Below, in pieces: positions 21,801-35,100 of a stretch of 64,000 nucleotides of DNA. The first letter of the stretch is position 1, and each line of letters starts with the position of its first letter. The notes under the pieces are model-generated. The model was given only the letters and a program-made list of their open reading frames with translations, was not told the origin of the DNA and did not search any database. The DNA comes from Eledone cirrhosa (Eukaryota). The stretch lies in contig OZ024743.1 of the NCBI GenBank assembly GCA_964016885.1, positions 132,556,001-132,620,000 of the forward strand. Direction: 5' to 3'. The position numbers and the translations under genes were made by a program.

Positions 21801-24800
21801 TGTTTGGTGCTTGGTGATTAGTGTTTGGTGCTTGGTACTTGGTGTTTGGTGCTTGGTGTTTGGTGTTTGCTGTTTGGTGTTTGGTGTTTGGTGTTTGCTG
21901 TTTGGTGTCTGCTTTTTGCTGTTTGGTGTTTGCTGTATGGTGTTTGCTGTTTCGTGTTTGGTGTTTGCTGTTTGGTGTTTGGTCTTTGGTGCTTGGAGTT
22001 TGGTGCTTGGTGCTTGGTGTTTGGTGTTTGGTGCTTGGTGTTTGGTGTTTGGTGCTTGGTGCTTGGTGCTTGGTGTTTGGTGCTTGGTGTCTGGTGCTTG
22101 GTGTCTGGTGCTTGGTGTTTGGTGTTTGGTGTTTGGTGCTTGGTGTTTGGTGTTTGGTGTTTGGTGTTTGGTGCTTGTTGCTTGGTGCTTGGTGCTTGGT
22201 GTTTGGTTTTTGGTGCTAGGTGCTTGGTGCTTGGTGTTTGGCGCTTGGTGTTTGGTGTTTGGTGCTTGGTGCTTGGTGTTTGGTACTTGGTGCTTGGTGC
22301 TTGGTGTTTGGTGCTTGGTGCTTGGTGTTTGGTGTTTGGTGTTTGGTGCTTGGTGCTTGGTGGTTGGTGCTTGGTGCTGGGTGGTTGGTATTTGGTGCTT
22401 GGTGCTTGGTGTTTTGTGCTAGGTGCATGGTGCCTGGTGTTTGGTGCTTGGTGCTTGGTGCTTGGTCTTTGGTGTTTGGTGTTTAGTGCTTGGTGCTTGG
22501 TGCTTGGTGCTTGGTGCTTGGTCCTTGGTGTTTGGTGCTTGGTGCTTGGTGTTTGGTGTTTGGTGCTTGGTGTCTGGAGCTTGGTGTTTGGTGTTTGGTG
22601 CTTGGTGTTTGGTGTTTGGTGCTTGGTGCTTGGTGTTTGGTGCTTGGTGCTTGGTGCTTGGTGTTTGGTGCTTGGTGCTTGGTGCTTGGTCTTTGGTGCT
22701 TGGTGTTTGGTGTTTGGTGCTTGGTGCTTTGTGTTTGGTGTTTGGTGATTAGTGTTTGGTGCTTGGTACTTGGTGTTTGGTGCTTGGTGTTTGGTGTTTG
22801 CTGTTTGGTGTTTGGTGTTTGGTGTTTGATGTTTGGTGTCTGCTTTTTGGTGTTTGGTGTTTGCTGTATGGTGTTTGCTGTTTGGTGTTTGGTGTTTGCT
22901 GTTTGGTGTTTGGTGTTTGCTGTTTGGTGTTTGGTCTTTGGTGCTTGGTGTTTGGTGCTTGGTGCTTGGTGTTTGGTGTTTGGTGCTTGGTGCTTGGTGC
23001 TTGGTGTTTGGTGCTTGGTGTCTGGTGCTTGGTGTCTGGTGCTTGGTGTTTGGTGTTTGGTGTTTGGTGCTTGGTGTTTGGTGTTTGGTGTTTGGTGTTT
23101 GGTGCTTGTTGCTTGGTGCTTGGTGCTTGGTGTTTGGTGCTTGGTGCTTGGTGTTTGGTGCTGGGTGCTTGGTGTTTGGTGCCTGGTGCTTGGTGCTTGG
23201 TGTTTGGTGTTTGGTGCTTGGTGCTTGGTGTTTGGTGTTTGGTGTTATATGCTTGGTGTTTGATGCTTGGTGCTTGGTGCTTGGTGTTTGGTGTTTGGTG
23301 CTTGGTGTTTTATGCTTGGTGTTTGATGTTTGGTGCTTGGTGCTTGGTGTTTGGTTCTTGGTGCTTGGTGTTTCTACTTGGTGCTTGGTGCTTGGTTCTT
23401 GGTGTTTGGTGCTTGGTGCTTGGTGCTTGGTGCTTGGTGTTTGGTGCTTGGTGTTTGGTGCTTGGTGTTTGGTGCTTGGTGCCTGGTGCTTGGTGCTTGG
23501 TGCTTGGTGTTTGGTGCTTGGTGTTTGGTGCTTGGTATTAGGTGTTTGGTGCTTGGTGCTTGGTGTTTGGTGTTTGGTGCTTGGTGTTTGGTGCTTGGTG
23601 TTTGGTGTTTGGTGCTTGGTGTTTGGTGCTTGGTACTTGGTGCTTGGTGCTTGGTGTTAGGTGTTTGGTGCTTGGTGCTTGGTGTTTGGTTTTTGGTGCT
23701 TGGTGCTTGGTGTTTGGTGTTTGGTGCTTGCTGCTGGCTGCTTGGTGTTTGGTGCTTGGTGATTGGTGCTTGGTGTTTGGTGCTTGGTGTTTGGTGTTTG
23801 GTACTAGGTGCTTGGTGCTTGGTGTTTGGTGCTTGGTGCTTGGTGTTTGGTGTTTGGTGATTGGTGCTTGGTGTTTGGTGCTTGGTGCTGGGTTCTGGGT
23901 GGTTGGTGTTTGGTGCTTGGTGTTTGGTGCTGGGTGCTTGGTGTTTGGTGCTTGGTGCTTGGTCTTTGGTGTTTGGTGTTTGGTGTTTGGGGCTTGGTGC
24001 TTGGTGCTTGGTGTTTGGTGCTTGGTGCTTCGTGTTTGGTGCTTGGTGCTTAGTGTTTGGTGCTACGTGCTTGGGGTTTGGTGTTTGGTGCTTGGTGCTT
24101 GGTGTTTGGTGCTTGGTGCTTGGTGTTTGGTGTTTGGTGCTTGGTGCTTGGTGTTTGGTGTTTCCTGTTTGCTGTTTGGTGTTTGGTGTTTGGTGTTTGC
24201 TGTTTGGTGTCTGCTTTTTGGTGCTTGGTGCTTGGTGCTTGGTCTTTGGTGCTTGGTGTTTGGTGTTTGGTGCTTGGTGCTTTGTGTTTGGTGCTTGGTG
24301 ATTAGTGTTTGGTGCTTGGTACTTGGTGTTTGGTGCTTGGTGTTTGGTGTTTGCTGTTTGGTGTTTGGTGTTTGGTGTTTGCTGTTTGGTGTCTGCTTTT
24401 TGGTGTTTGGTGTTTGCTGTATGGTGTTTGCTGTTTCGTGTTTGGTGTTTGCTGTTTGGTGTTTGGTGTTTGCTGTTTGGTGTTTGGTCTTTGGTGCTTG
24501 GTGTTTGGTGCTTGGTGCTTGGTGTTTGGTGTTTGGTGCTTGGTGCTTGGTGCTTGGTGTTTGGTGCTTGGTGTCTGGTGCTTGGTGTCTGGTGCTTGGT
24601 GTTTGGTGTTTGGTGTTTGGTGCTTGGTGTTTGGTGTTTGGTGTTTGGTGTTTGGTGCTTGTTGCTTGGTGCTTGGTGCTTGGTGTTTGGTGCTTGGTGC
24701 TTGGTGTTTGGTGCTGGGTGCTTGGTGTTTGGTGCTTGGTGCTTGGTGCTTGGTGTTTGGTGTTTGGTGCTTGGTGCTTGGTGTTTGGTGTTTGGTGTTA

Positions 24801-26176
24801 TATGCTTTGTGTTTGATGCTTGGTGCTTGGTGCTTGGTGTTTGGTGTTTGGTGCTTGGTGTTTTATGCTTGGTGTTTGATGTTTGGTGCTTGGTGCTTGG
24901 TTTTTGGTGCTTGGTGCTTGGTGTTTCTACTTGGTGCTTGGTGCTTGGTTCTTGGTGTTTGGTGCTTGGTGCTTGGTGCTTGGTGCTTGGTGTTTGGTGC
25001 TTGGTGTTTGGTGCTTAGTGTTTGGTGCTTGGTGCCTGGTGCTTGGTGCTTGGTGCTTGGTGTTTGGTGCTTGGTGTTTGGTGCTTGGTATTAGGTGTTT
25101 GGTGCTTGGTGCTTGGTGTTTGGTGTTTGGTGCTTGGTGTTTGGTGCTTGGTGTTTGGTGTTTGGTGCTTGGTGTTTGGTGCTTGGTACTTGGTGCTTGG
25201 TGCTTGGTGTTAGGTGTTTGGTGCTTGGTGCTTGGTGTTTGGTTTTTGGTGCTTGGTGCTTGGTGTTTGGTGTTTGGTGCTTGCTGCTGGCTGCTTGGTG
25301 TTTGGTGCTTGGTGATTGGTGCTTGGTGTTTGGTGCTTGGTGTTTGGTGTTTGGTACTAGGTGCTTGGTGCTTGGTGTTTGGTGCTTGGTGCTTGGTGTT
25401 TGGTGTTTGGTGATTGGTGCTTGGTGTTTGGTGCTTGGTGCTGGGTTCTGGGTGGTTGGTGTTTGGTGCTTGGTGTTTGGTGCTGGGTGCTTGGTGTTTG
25501 GTGCTTGGTGCTTGGTCTTTGGTGTTTGGTGTTTGGTGTTTGGGGCTTGGTGCTTGGTGCTTGGTGTTTGGTGCTTGGTGCTTGGTGTTTGGTGCTTGGT
25601 GCTTAGTGTTTGGTGCTAGGTGCTTGGGGTTTGGTGTTTGGTGCTTGGTGCTTGGTGTTTGGTGCTTGGTGCTTGGTGTTTGGTGTTTGGTGCTTGGTGT
25701 TTGGTGCTTGGTGTTTGGTGTTTGGTGCTTGGTGTTTGGTGCTTGGTACTTGGTGCTTGGTGCTTGGTGTTAGGTGTTTGGTGCTTGGTGCTTGGTGCTT
25801 GGTGTTTGGTTTTTGGTGCTTGGTGCTTGGTGTTTGGTGTTTGGTGCTTGCTGCTGGCTGCTTGGTGTTTGGTGCTTGGTGATTGGTGCTTGGTGTTTGG
25901 TGCTTGGTGTTTGGTGTTTGGTACTAGGTGCTTGGTGCTTGGTGTTTGGTGCTTGGTGCTTGGTGTTTGGTGTTTGGTGATTGGTGCTTGGTGTTTGGTG
26001 CTTGGTGCTGGGTTCTGGGTGGTTGGTGTTTGGTGCTTGGTGTTTGGTGCTGGGTGCTTGGTGTTTGGTGCTTGGTGCTTGGTCTTTGGTGTTTGGTGTT
26101 TGGTGTTTGGGGCTTGGTGCTTGGTGCTTGGTGTTTGGTGCTTGGTGCTTGGTGTTTGGTGCTTGGTGCTTAGTGT

Positions 26177-29100
26177 TTGGTGCTAGGTGCTTGGGGTTTG
26201 GTGTTTGGTGCTTGGTGCTTGGTGTTTGGTGCTTGGTGCTTGGTGTTTGGTGTTTGGTGTTTGGTGTTTGCTGTTTGGTGTCTGCTTTTTGGTGTTTGGT
26301 GTTTGCTGTATGTTATTTGCTGTTTGGTGTTTGGTGTTTGGTGTTTGGTGCTTGGTGCTTGGTGTTTGGTGCTTGGTGCTTGGTGTTTGGTGCCTGGTGC
26401 TTGGGGCTTGGTGTTTGGTGTTTGGTGCTTGGTGCTTGAAGTTTGGTGTTTGGTGCTTGGTGCTTGGTGTTTTGTGTTTGGTGTTTGGTTTTTGGTGCTT
26501 GGTGCTTGGTGCTTGGTGCTTGGTCCTTGGTGTTTGGTGCTTGGTGCTTGGTGTTTGTACTTGGTGCTTGGTGCTTGGTGTTTGGTTCTTGGTTCTTGGT
26601 GTTTGGTACTTGGTGCTTGGTGCTTGGTGTTTGGTGCTTGGTGCTTGGTGTTTGGTGTTTGGTGTTTGGTGCTTGGTGCTTGGTGTTTGGTGCTTGGTGC
26701 TTGGTGCTGGGTGGTTGGTATTTGGTGCTTGGTGCTTGGTGTTTGGTGCTTGGTGCTTGGTGCTTGGTGTTTGGTGCTTGGTGCTTGGTGCTTGGTCTTT
26801 GGTGCTTGGTGTTTGGTGTTTGGTGCTTGGTGCTTTGTGTTTGGTGCTTGGTGATTAGTGTTTGGTGCTTGGTACTTGGTGTTTGGTGCTTGGTGTTTGG
26901 TGTTTGCTGTTTGGTGTTTGGTGTTTGGTGTTTGCTGTTTGGTGTCTGCTTTTTGGTGTTTGGTGTTTGCTGTATGGTGTTTGGTGTTTGCTGTTTGGTG
27001 TTTGGTCTTTGGTGCTTGGTGTTTGGTGCTTGGTGCTTGGTGTTTGGTGTTTGGTGCTTGGTGTTTGGTGTTTGGTGCTTGGTGCTTGGTGCTTGGTGTT
27101 TGGTGCTTGGTGTCTGGTGCTTGGTGTCTGGTGCTTGGTGTTTGGTGTTTGGTGTTTGGTGCTTGGTGTTTGGTGTTTGGTGTTTGGTGTTTGGTGCTTG
27201 TTGCTTGGTGCTTGGTGCTTGGTGTTTGGTGCTTGGTGCTTGGTGTTTGGTGCTGGGTGCTTGGTGTTTGGTGCTTGGTGCTTGGTGTTTGGTGTTTGGT
27301 GCTTGGTGCTTGGTGTTTGGTGTTTGGTGTTATATGCTTGGTGTTTGGTGCTTGGTGCTTGGTGTTTGGTGTTTGGTTCTTGATGCTTGGTATTTGGTGC
27401 TTGGTGCTTGCTGCTTGGTGTTTGGTGCTTGGTGATTGATGCTTGGTGTTTGGTGCTTGGTGCTTGGTGTTTGGTTTTTGGTGCTAGGTGCTTGGTGCTT
27501 GGTGTTTGGTGCTTGGTGTTTGGTGTTTGGTGCTTGGTGCTTGGTGTTTGGTACTTGGTGCTTGGTGCTTGGTGTTTGGTGCTTGGTGCTTGGTGTTTGG
27601 TGTTTGGTGTTTGGTGCTTGGTGCTTGGTGTTTGGTGCTTGGTGCTGGGTGGTTGGTGTTTGGTGCTTGGTGCTTGGTGTTTTGTGCTAGGTGCATGGTG
27701 CCTGGTGTTTGGTGCTTGGTGCTTGGTGCTTGGTCTTTGGTGTTTGGTGTTTAGTGCTTGGTGCTTGGTGCTTGGTGCTTTGTGCTTGGTGCTTGGTCCT
27801 TGGTGTTTGGTGTTTGGTGCTTGGTGTTTGGTGTTTGGTGCTTGGTGCTTGGTGCTTCGTGTTTGGTGTTTGGTGCTTGGTGTCTGGAGCTTGGTGTTTG
27901 GTGTTTGGTGCTTGGTGTTTGGTGTTTGGTGCTTGGTGCTTGGTGTTTGGTGCTTGGTGCTTGGTACTTGGTGTTTGGTGCTTGGTGCTTGGTGCTTGGT
28001 CTTTGGTGCTTGGTGTTTGGTGTTTGGTGCTTGGTGCTTTGTGTTTGGTGCTTGGTGATTAGTGTTTGGTGCTTGGTACTTGGTGTTTGGTGCTTGGTGT
28101 TTGGTGTTTGCTGTTTGGTGTTTGGTGTTTGTTGTTTGCTGTTTGGTGTCTGCTTTTTGGTGTTTGGTGTTTGCTGTATGGTGTTTGCTGTTTCGTGTTT
28201 GGTGTTTGCTGTTTGGTGTTTGGTGTTTGTTGTTTGGTGTTTGGTCTTTGGTGCTTGGTGTTTGGTGCTTGGTGCTTGGTGTTTGGTGTTTGGTGCTTGG
28301 TGCTTGGTGCTTGGTGTTTGGTGCTTGGTGTCTGGTGCTTGGTGTCTGGTGCTTTGTGTTTGGTGTTTGGTGTTTGGTGCTTGGTGTTTGGTGTTTGGTG
28401 TTTGGTGTTTGGTGCTTGTTGCTTGGTGCTTGGTGCTTGGTGTTTGGTGCTTGGTGCTTGGTGTTTGGTGCTGGGTGCTTGGTGTTTGGTGCTTGGTGCT
28501 TGGTGCTTGGTGTTTGGTGTTTGGTGCTTGGTGCTTGGTGTTTGGTGTTTGGTGTTATATGCTTGGTGTTTGATGCTTGGTGCTTGGTGCTTGGTGTTTG
28601 GTGTTTGGTGCTTGGTGTTTTATGCTTGGTGTTTGATGTTTGGTGCTTGGTGCTTGGTGTTTCTACTTGGTGCTTGGTGCTTGGTGTTTGGTTCTTGGTT
28701 CTTGGTGTTTGGTACTTGGTGCTTGGTGCTTGGTGTTTGGTGCTTGGTGCTTGGAGTTTGGTGTTTGGTGCTTGGTGCTTGGTGTTTTGTGTTTGGTGTT
28801 TGGTTTTTGGTGCTTGGTGCTTGGTGCTTGGTCCTTGGTGTTTGGTGCTTGGTGCTTGGTGTTTGTACTTGGTGCTTGGTGCTTGGTGTTTGGTTCTTGG
28901 TTCTTGGTGTTTGGTACTTGGTGCTTGGTGCTTGGTGTTTGGTGCTTGGTGCTTGGTGTTTGGTGTTTGGTGTTTGGTGCTTGGTGCTTGGTGTTTGGTG
29001 CTTGGTGCTTGGTGCTGGGTGGTTGGTATTTGGTGCTTGGTGCTTGGTGTTTGGTGCTTGGTGCTTGGTGCTTGGTGTTTGGTGCTTGGTGCTTGGTGCT

Positions 29101-32100
29101 TGGTCTTTGGTGCTTGGTGTTTGGTGTTTGGTGCTTGGTGCTTTGTGTTTGGTGCTTGGTGATTAGTGTTTGGTGCTTGGTACTTGGTGTTTGGTGCTTG
29201 GTGTTTGGTGTTTGCTGTTTGGTGTTTGGTGTTTGGTGTTTGCTGTTTGGTGTCTGCTTTTTGGTGTTTGGTGTTTGCTGTATGGTGTTTGCTGTTTCGT
29301 GTTTGGTGTTTGCTGTTTGGTGTTTGGTGTTTGCTGTTTGGTGTTTGGTCTTTGGTGCTTGGTGTTTGGTGCTTGGTGCTTGGTGTTTGGTGTTTGGTGC
29401 TTGGTGTTTGGTGTTTGGTACTTGGTGCTTGGTGCTTGGTGTTTGGTGCTTGGTGTCTGGTGCTTGGTGTCTGGTGCTTGGTGTTTGGTGTTTGGTGTTT
29501 GGTGCTTGGTGTTTGGTGTTTGGTGTTTGGTGTTTGGTGTTTGGTGCTTGTTGCTTGGTGCTTGGTGCTTGGTGTTTGGTGCTTGGTGCTTGGTGTTTGG
29601 TGCTGGGTGCTTGGTGTTTGGTGCTTGGTGCTTGGTCTTTGGTGTTTGGTGTTTGGTGTTTGGGGCTTGGTGCTTGGTGCTTGGTGTTTGGTGCTTGGTG
29701 CTTGGTGTTTGGTGCTTGGTGCTTAGTGTTTGGTGCTAGGTGCTTGGGGTTTGGTGTTTGGTGCTTGGTGCTTGGTGTTTGGTGCTTGGTGCTTGGTGTT
29801 TGGTGTTTGGTGTTATATGCTTGGTGTTTGATGCTTGGTGCTTGGTGCTTGGTGCTTGGTGTTTGGTGTTTGGTGTTTGGTGTTTGGTGTTTGGTGTTTG
29901 GTGCTTGGTGCTTGGTGTTTGGTGCTTGGTGCTTGGTGTTTGGTGCCTGGTGCTTGGGGCTTGGTGTTTGGTGTTTGGTGCTTGGTGCTTGAAGTTTGGT
30001 GTTTGGTGCTTGGTGCTTGGTGTTTTGTGTTTGGTGTTTGGTTTTTGGTGCTTGGTGCTTGGTGCTTGGTGCTTGGTGTTTGGTCCTTGGTGTTTGGTGC
30101 TTGGTGCTTGGTGTTTGTACTTGGTGCTTGGTGCTTGGTGTTTGGTTCTTGGTTCTTGGTGTTTGGTACTTGGTGCTTGGTGCTTGGTGTTTGGTGCTTG
30201 GTGCTTGGTGTTTGGTGTTTGGTGTTTGGTGCTTGGTGCTTGGTGTTTGGTGCTTGGTGCTTGGTGCTGGGTGGTTGGTATTTGGTGCTTGGTGCTTGGT
30301 GTTTGGTGCTTGGTGCTTGGTGCTTGGTGTTTGGTGCTTGGTGCTTGGTGCTTGGTCTTTGGTGCTTGGTGTTTGGTGTTTGGTGCTTGGTGCTTTGTGT
30401 TTGGTGCTTGGTGATTAGTGTTTGGTGCTTGGTACTTGGTGTTTGGTGCTTGGTGTTTGGTGTTTGCTGTTTGGTGTTTGGTGTTTGGTGTTTGCTGTTT
30501 GGTGTCTGCTTTTTGGTGTTTGGTGTTTGCTGTATGGTGTTTGGTGTTTGCTGTTTGGTGTTTGGTCTTTGGTGCTTGGTGTTTGGTGCTTGGTGCTTGG
30601 TGTTTGGTGTTTGGTGCTTGGTGTTTGGTGTTTGGTGCTTGGTGCTTGGTGCTTGGTGTTTGGTGCTTGGTGTCTGGTGCTTGGTGTCTGGTGCTTGGTG
30701 TTTGGTGTTTGGTGTTTGGTGCTTGGTGTTTGGTGTTTGGTGTTTGGTGTTTGGTGCTTGTTGCTTGGTGCTTGGTGCTTCGTGTTTGGTGCTTGGTGCT
30801 TGGTGTTTGGTGCTGGGTGCTTGGTGTTTGGTGCTTGGTGCTTGGTGTTTGGTGTTTGGTGCTTGGTGCTTGGTGTTTGGTGTTTGGTGTTATATGCTTG
30901 GTGTTTGGTGCTTGGTGCTTGGTGTTTGCTGTTTGGTTCTTGATGCTTGGTATTTGGTGCTTGGTGCTTGCTGCTTGGTGTTTGGTGCTTGGTGATTGAT
31001 GCTTGGTGTTTGGTGCTTGGTGCTTGGTGTTTGGTTTTTGGTGCTAGGTGCTTGGTGCTTGGTGTTTGGTGCTTGGTGTTTGGTGTTTGGTGCTTGGTGC
31101 TTGGTGTTTGGTACTTGGTGCTTGGTGCTTGGTGTTTGGTGCTTGGTGCTTGGTGTTTGGTGTTTGGTGTTTGGTGCTTGGTGCTTGGTGTTTGGTGCTT
31201 GGTGCTGGGTGGTTGGTGTTTGGTGCTTGGTGCTTGGTGTTTTGTGCTAGGTGCATGGTGCCTGGTGTTTGGTGCTTGGTGCTTGGTGCTTGGTCTTTGG
31301 TGTTTGGTGTTTAGTGCTTGGTGCTTGGTGCTTGGTGCTTGGTGCTTGGTGCTTGGTCCTTGGTGTTTGGTGTTTGGTGCTTGGTGTTTGGTGTTTGGTG
31401 CTTGGTGCTTGGTGCTTCGTGTTTGGTGTTTGGTGCTTGGTGTCTGGAGCTTGGTGTTTGGTGTTTGGTGCTTGGTGTTTGGTGTTTGGTGCTTGGTGCT
31501 TGGTGTTTGGTGCTTGGTGCTTGGTACTTGGTGTTTGGTGCTTGGTGCTTGGTGCTTGGTCTTTGGTGCTTGGTGTTTGGTGTTTGGTGCTTGGTGCTTT
31601 GTGTTTGGTGCTTGGTGATTAGTGTTTGGTGCTTGGTACTTGGTGTTTGGTGCTTGGTGTTTGGTGTTTGCTGTTTGGTGTTTGGTGTTTGCTGTTTGCT
31701 GTTTGGTGTCTGCTTTTTGGTGTTTGGTGTTTGCTGTATGGTGTTTGCTGTTTCGTGTTTGGTGTTTGCTGTTTGGTGTTTGGTGTTTGCTGTTTGGTGT
31801 TTGGTCTTTGGTGCTTGGTGTTTGGTGCTTGGTGCTTGGTGTTTGGTGTTTGGTGCTTGGTGCTTGGTGCTTGGTGTTTGGTGCTTGGTGTCTGGTGCTT
31901 GGTGTCTGGTGCTTGGTGTTTGGTGTTTGGTGTTTGGTGCTTGGTGTTTGGTGTTTGGTGTTTGGTGTTTGGTGCTTGTTGCTTGGTGCTTGGTGCTTGG
32001 TGTTTGGTGCTTGGTGCTTGGTGTTTGGTGCTGGGTGCTTGGTGTTTGGTGCTTGGTGCTTGGTGCTTGGTGTTTGGTGTTTGGTGCTTGGTGCTTGGTG

Positions 32101-35100
32101 TTTGGTGTTTGGTGTTATATGCTTGGTGTTTGATGCTTGGTGCTTGGTGCTTGGTGTTTGGTGTTTGGTGCTTGGTGTTTTATGCTTGGTGTTTGATGTT
32201 TGGTGCTTGGTGCTTGGTGTTTCTACTTGGTGCTTGGTGCTTGGTGTTTGGTTCTTGGTTCTTGGTGTTTGGTACTTGGTGCTTGGTGCTTGGTGTTTGG
32301 TGCTTGGTGCTTGGAGTTTGGTGTTTGGTGCTTGGTGCTTGGTGTTTTGTGTTTGGTGTTTGGTTTTTGGTGCTTGGTGCTTGGTGCTTGGTCCTTGGTG
32401 TTTGGTGCTTGGTGCTTGGTGTTTGTACTTGGTGCTTGGTGCTTGGTGTTTGGTTCTTGGTTCTTGGTGTTTGGTACTTGGTGCTTGGTGCTTGGTGTTT
32501 GGTGCTTGGTGCTTGGTGTTTGGTGTTTGGTGTTTGGTGCTTGGTGCTTGGTGTTTGGTGCTTGGTGCTTGGTGCTGGGTGGTTGGTATTTGGTGCTTGG
32601 TGCTTGGTGTTTGGTGCTTGGTGCTTGGTGCTTGGTGTTTGGTGCTTGGTGCTTGGTGCTTGGTCTTTGGTGCTTGGTGTTTGGTGTTTGGTGCTTGGTG
32701 CTTTGTGTTTGGTGCTTGGTGATTAGTGTTTGGTGCTTGGTACTTGGTGTTTGGTGCTTGGTGTTTGGTGTTTGCTGTTTGGTGTTTGGTGTTTGGTGTT
32801 TGCTGTTTGGTGTCTGCTTTTTGGTGTTTGGTGTTTGCTGTATGGTGTTTGCTGTTTCGTGTTTGGTGTTTGCTGTTTGGTGTTTGGTGTTTGCTGTTTG
32901 GTGTTTGGTCTTTGGTGCTTGGTGTTTGGTGCTTGGTGCTTGGTGTTTGGTGTTTGGTGCTTGGTGTTTGGTGTTTGGTACTTGGTGCTTGGTGCTTGGT
33001 GTTTGGTGCTTGGTGTCTGGTGCTTGGTGTCTGGTGCTTGGTGTTTGGTATTTGGTGTTTGGTGCTTGGTGTTTGGTGTTTGGTGTTTGGTGTTTGGTGC
33101 TTGTTGCTTGGTGCTTGGTGCTTGGTGTTTGGTGCTTGGTGCTTGGTGTTTGGTGCTGGGTGCTTGGTGTTTGGTGCTTGGTGCTTGGTGTTTGGTGTTT
33201 GGTGCTTGGTGCTTGGTGTTTGGTGTTTGGTGTTATATGCTTGGTGTTTGGTGCTTGGTGCTTGGTGTTTGGTGTTTGGTTCTTGATGCTTGGTATTTGG
33301 TGCTTGGTGCTTGCTGCTTGGTGTTTGGTGCTTGGTGATTGATGCTTGGTGTTTGGTGCTTGGTGCTTGGTGTTTGGTTTTTGGTGCTAGGTGCTTGGTG
33401 CTTGGTGTTTGGTGCTTGGTGTTTGGTGTTTGGTGTCTGGTGCTTGGTGCTTGGTGTTTGGTGTTTGGTGCTTGGTGCTTGGTGCTTGGTGTTTGGTGCT
33501 TGGTGTCTGGTGCTTGGTGTCTGGTGCTTGGTGTTTGGTGTTTGGTGTTTGGTGCTTGGTGTTTGGTGTTTGGTGTTTGGTGTTTGGTGCTTGTTGCTTG
33601 GTGCTTGGTGCTTGGTGTTTGGTGCTTGGTGCTTGGTGTTTGGTGCTGGGTGCTTGGTGTTTGGTGCTTGGTGCTTGGTGCTTGGTGTTTGGTGTTTGGT
33701 GATTGGTGCTTGGTGTTTGGTGTTTGGTGTTATATGCTTGGTGTTTGATGCTTGGTGCTTGGTGCTTGGTGTTTGGTGTTTGGTGCTTGGTGTTTTATGC
33801 TTGGTGTTTGATGTTTGGTGCTTGGTGCTTGGTGTTTCTACTTGGTGCTTGGTGCTTGGTGTTTGGTCCTTGGTTCTTGGTGTTTGGTACTTGGTGCTTG
33901 GTGCTTGGTGTTTGGTGCTTGGTGCTTGGAGTTTGGTGTTTGGTGCTTGGTGCTTGGTGTTTTGTGTTTGGTGTTTGGTTTTTGGTGCTTGGTGCTTGGT
34001 GCTTGGTCCTTGGTGTTTGGTGTTTGGTGTTTGGTGTTTGGTGCTTGTTGCTTGGTGCTTGGTGCTTGGTGTTTGGTGCTTGGTGCTTGGTGTTTGGTGC
34101 TGGGTGCTTGGTGTTTGGTGCTTGGTGCTTGGTCTTTGGTGTTTGGTGTTTGGTGTTTGGGGCTTGGTGCTTGGTGCTTGGTGTTTGGTGCTTGGTGCTT
34201 GGTGTTTGGTGCTTGGTGCTTAGTGTTTGGTGCTAGGTGCTTGGGGTTTGGTGTTTGGTGCTTGGTGCTTGGTGTTTGGTGCTTGGTGCTTGGTGTTTGG
34301 TGTTTGGTGTTTGGTGTTTGCTGTTTGGTGTCTGCTTTTTGGTGTTTGGTATTTGCTGTATGTTATTTGCTGTTTGGTGTTTGGTGTTTGGTGTTTGGTG
34401 CTTGGTGCTTGGTGTTTGGTGCTTGGTGCTTGGTGTTTGGTGCCTGGTGCTTGGGGCTTGGTGTTTGGTGTTTGGTGCTTGGTGCTTGAAGTTTGGTGTT
34501 TGGTGCTTGGTGCTTGGTGTTTTGTGTTTGGTGTTTGGTTTTTGGTGCTTGGTGCTTGGTGCTTGGTGCTTGGTCCTTGGTGTTTGGTGCTTGGTGCTTG
34601 GTGTTTGTACTTGGTGCTTGGTGCTTGGTGTTTGGTTCTTTGTTCTTGGTGTTTGGTACTTGGTGCTTGGTGCTTGGTGTTTGGTGCTTGGTGCTTGGTG
34701 TTTGGTGTTTGGTGTTTGGTGCTTGGTGCTTGGTGTTTGGTGCTTGGTGCTTGGTGCTGGGTGGTTGGTATTTGGTGCTTGGTGCTTGGTGTTTGGTGCT
34801 TGGTGCTTGGTGCTTGGTGTTTGGTGCTTGGTGCTTGGTGCTTGGTCTTTGGTGCTTGGTGTTTGGTGTTTGGTGCTTGGTGCTTTGTGTTTGGTGCTTG
34901 GTGATTAGTGTTTGGTGCTTGGTACTTGGTGTTTGGTGCTTGGTGTTTGGTGTTTGCTGTTTGGTGTTTGGTGTTTGGTGTTTGCTGTTTGGTGTCTGCT
35001 TTTTGGTGTTTGGTGTTTGCTGTATGGTGTTTGGTGTTTACTGTTTGGTGTTTGGTCTTTGGTGCTTGGTGTTTGGTGCTTGGTGCTTGGTGTTTGGTGT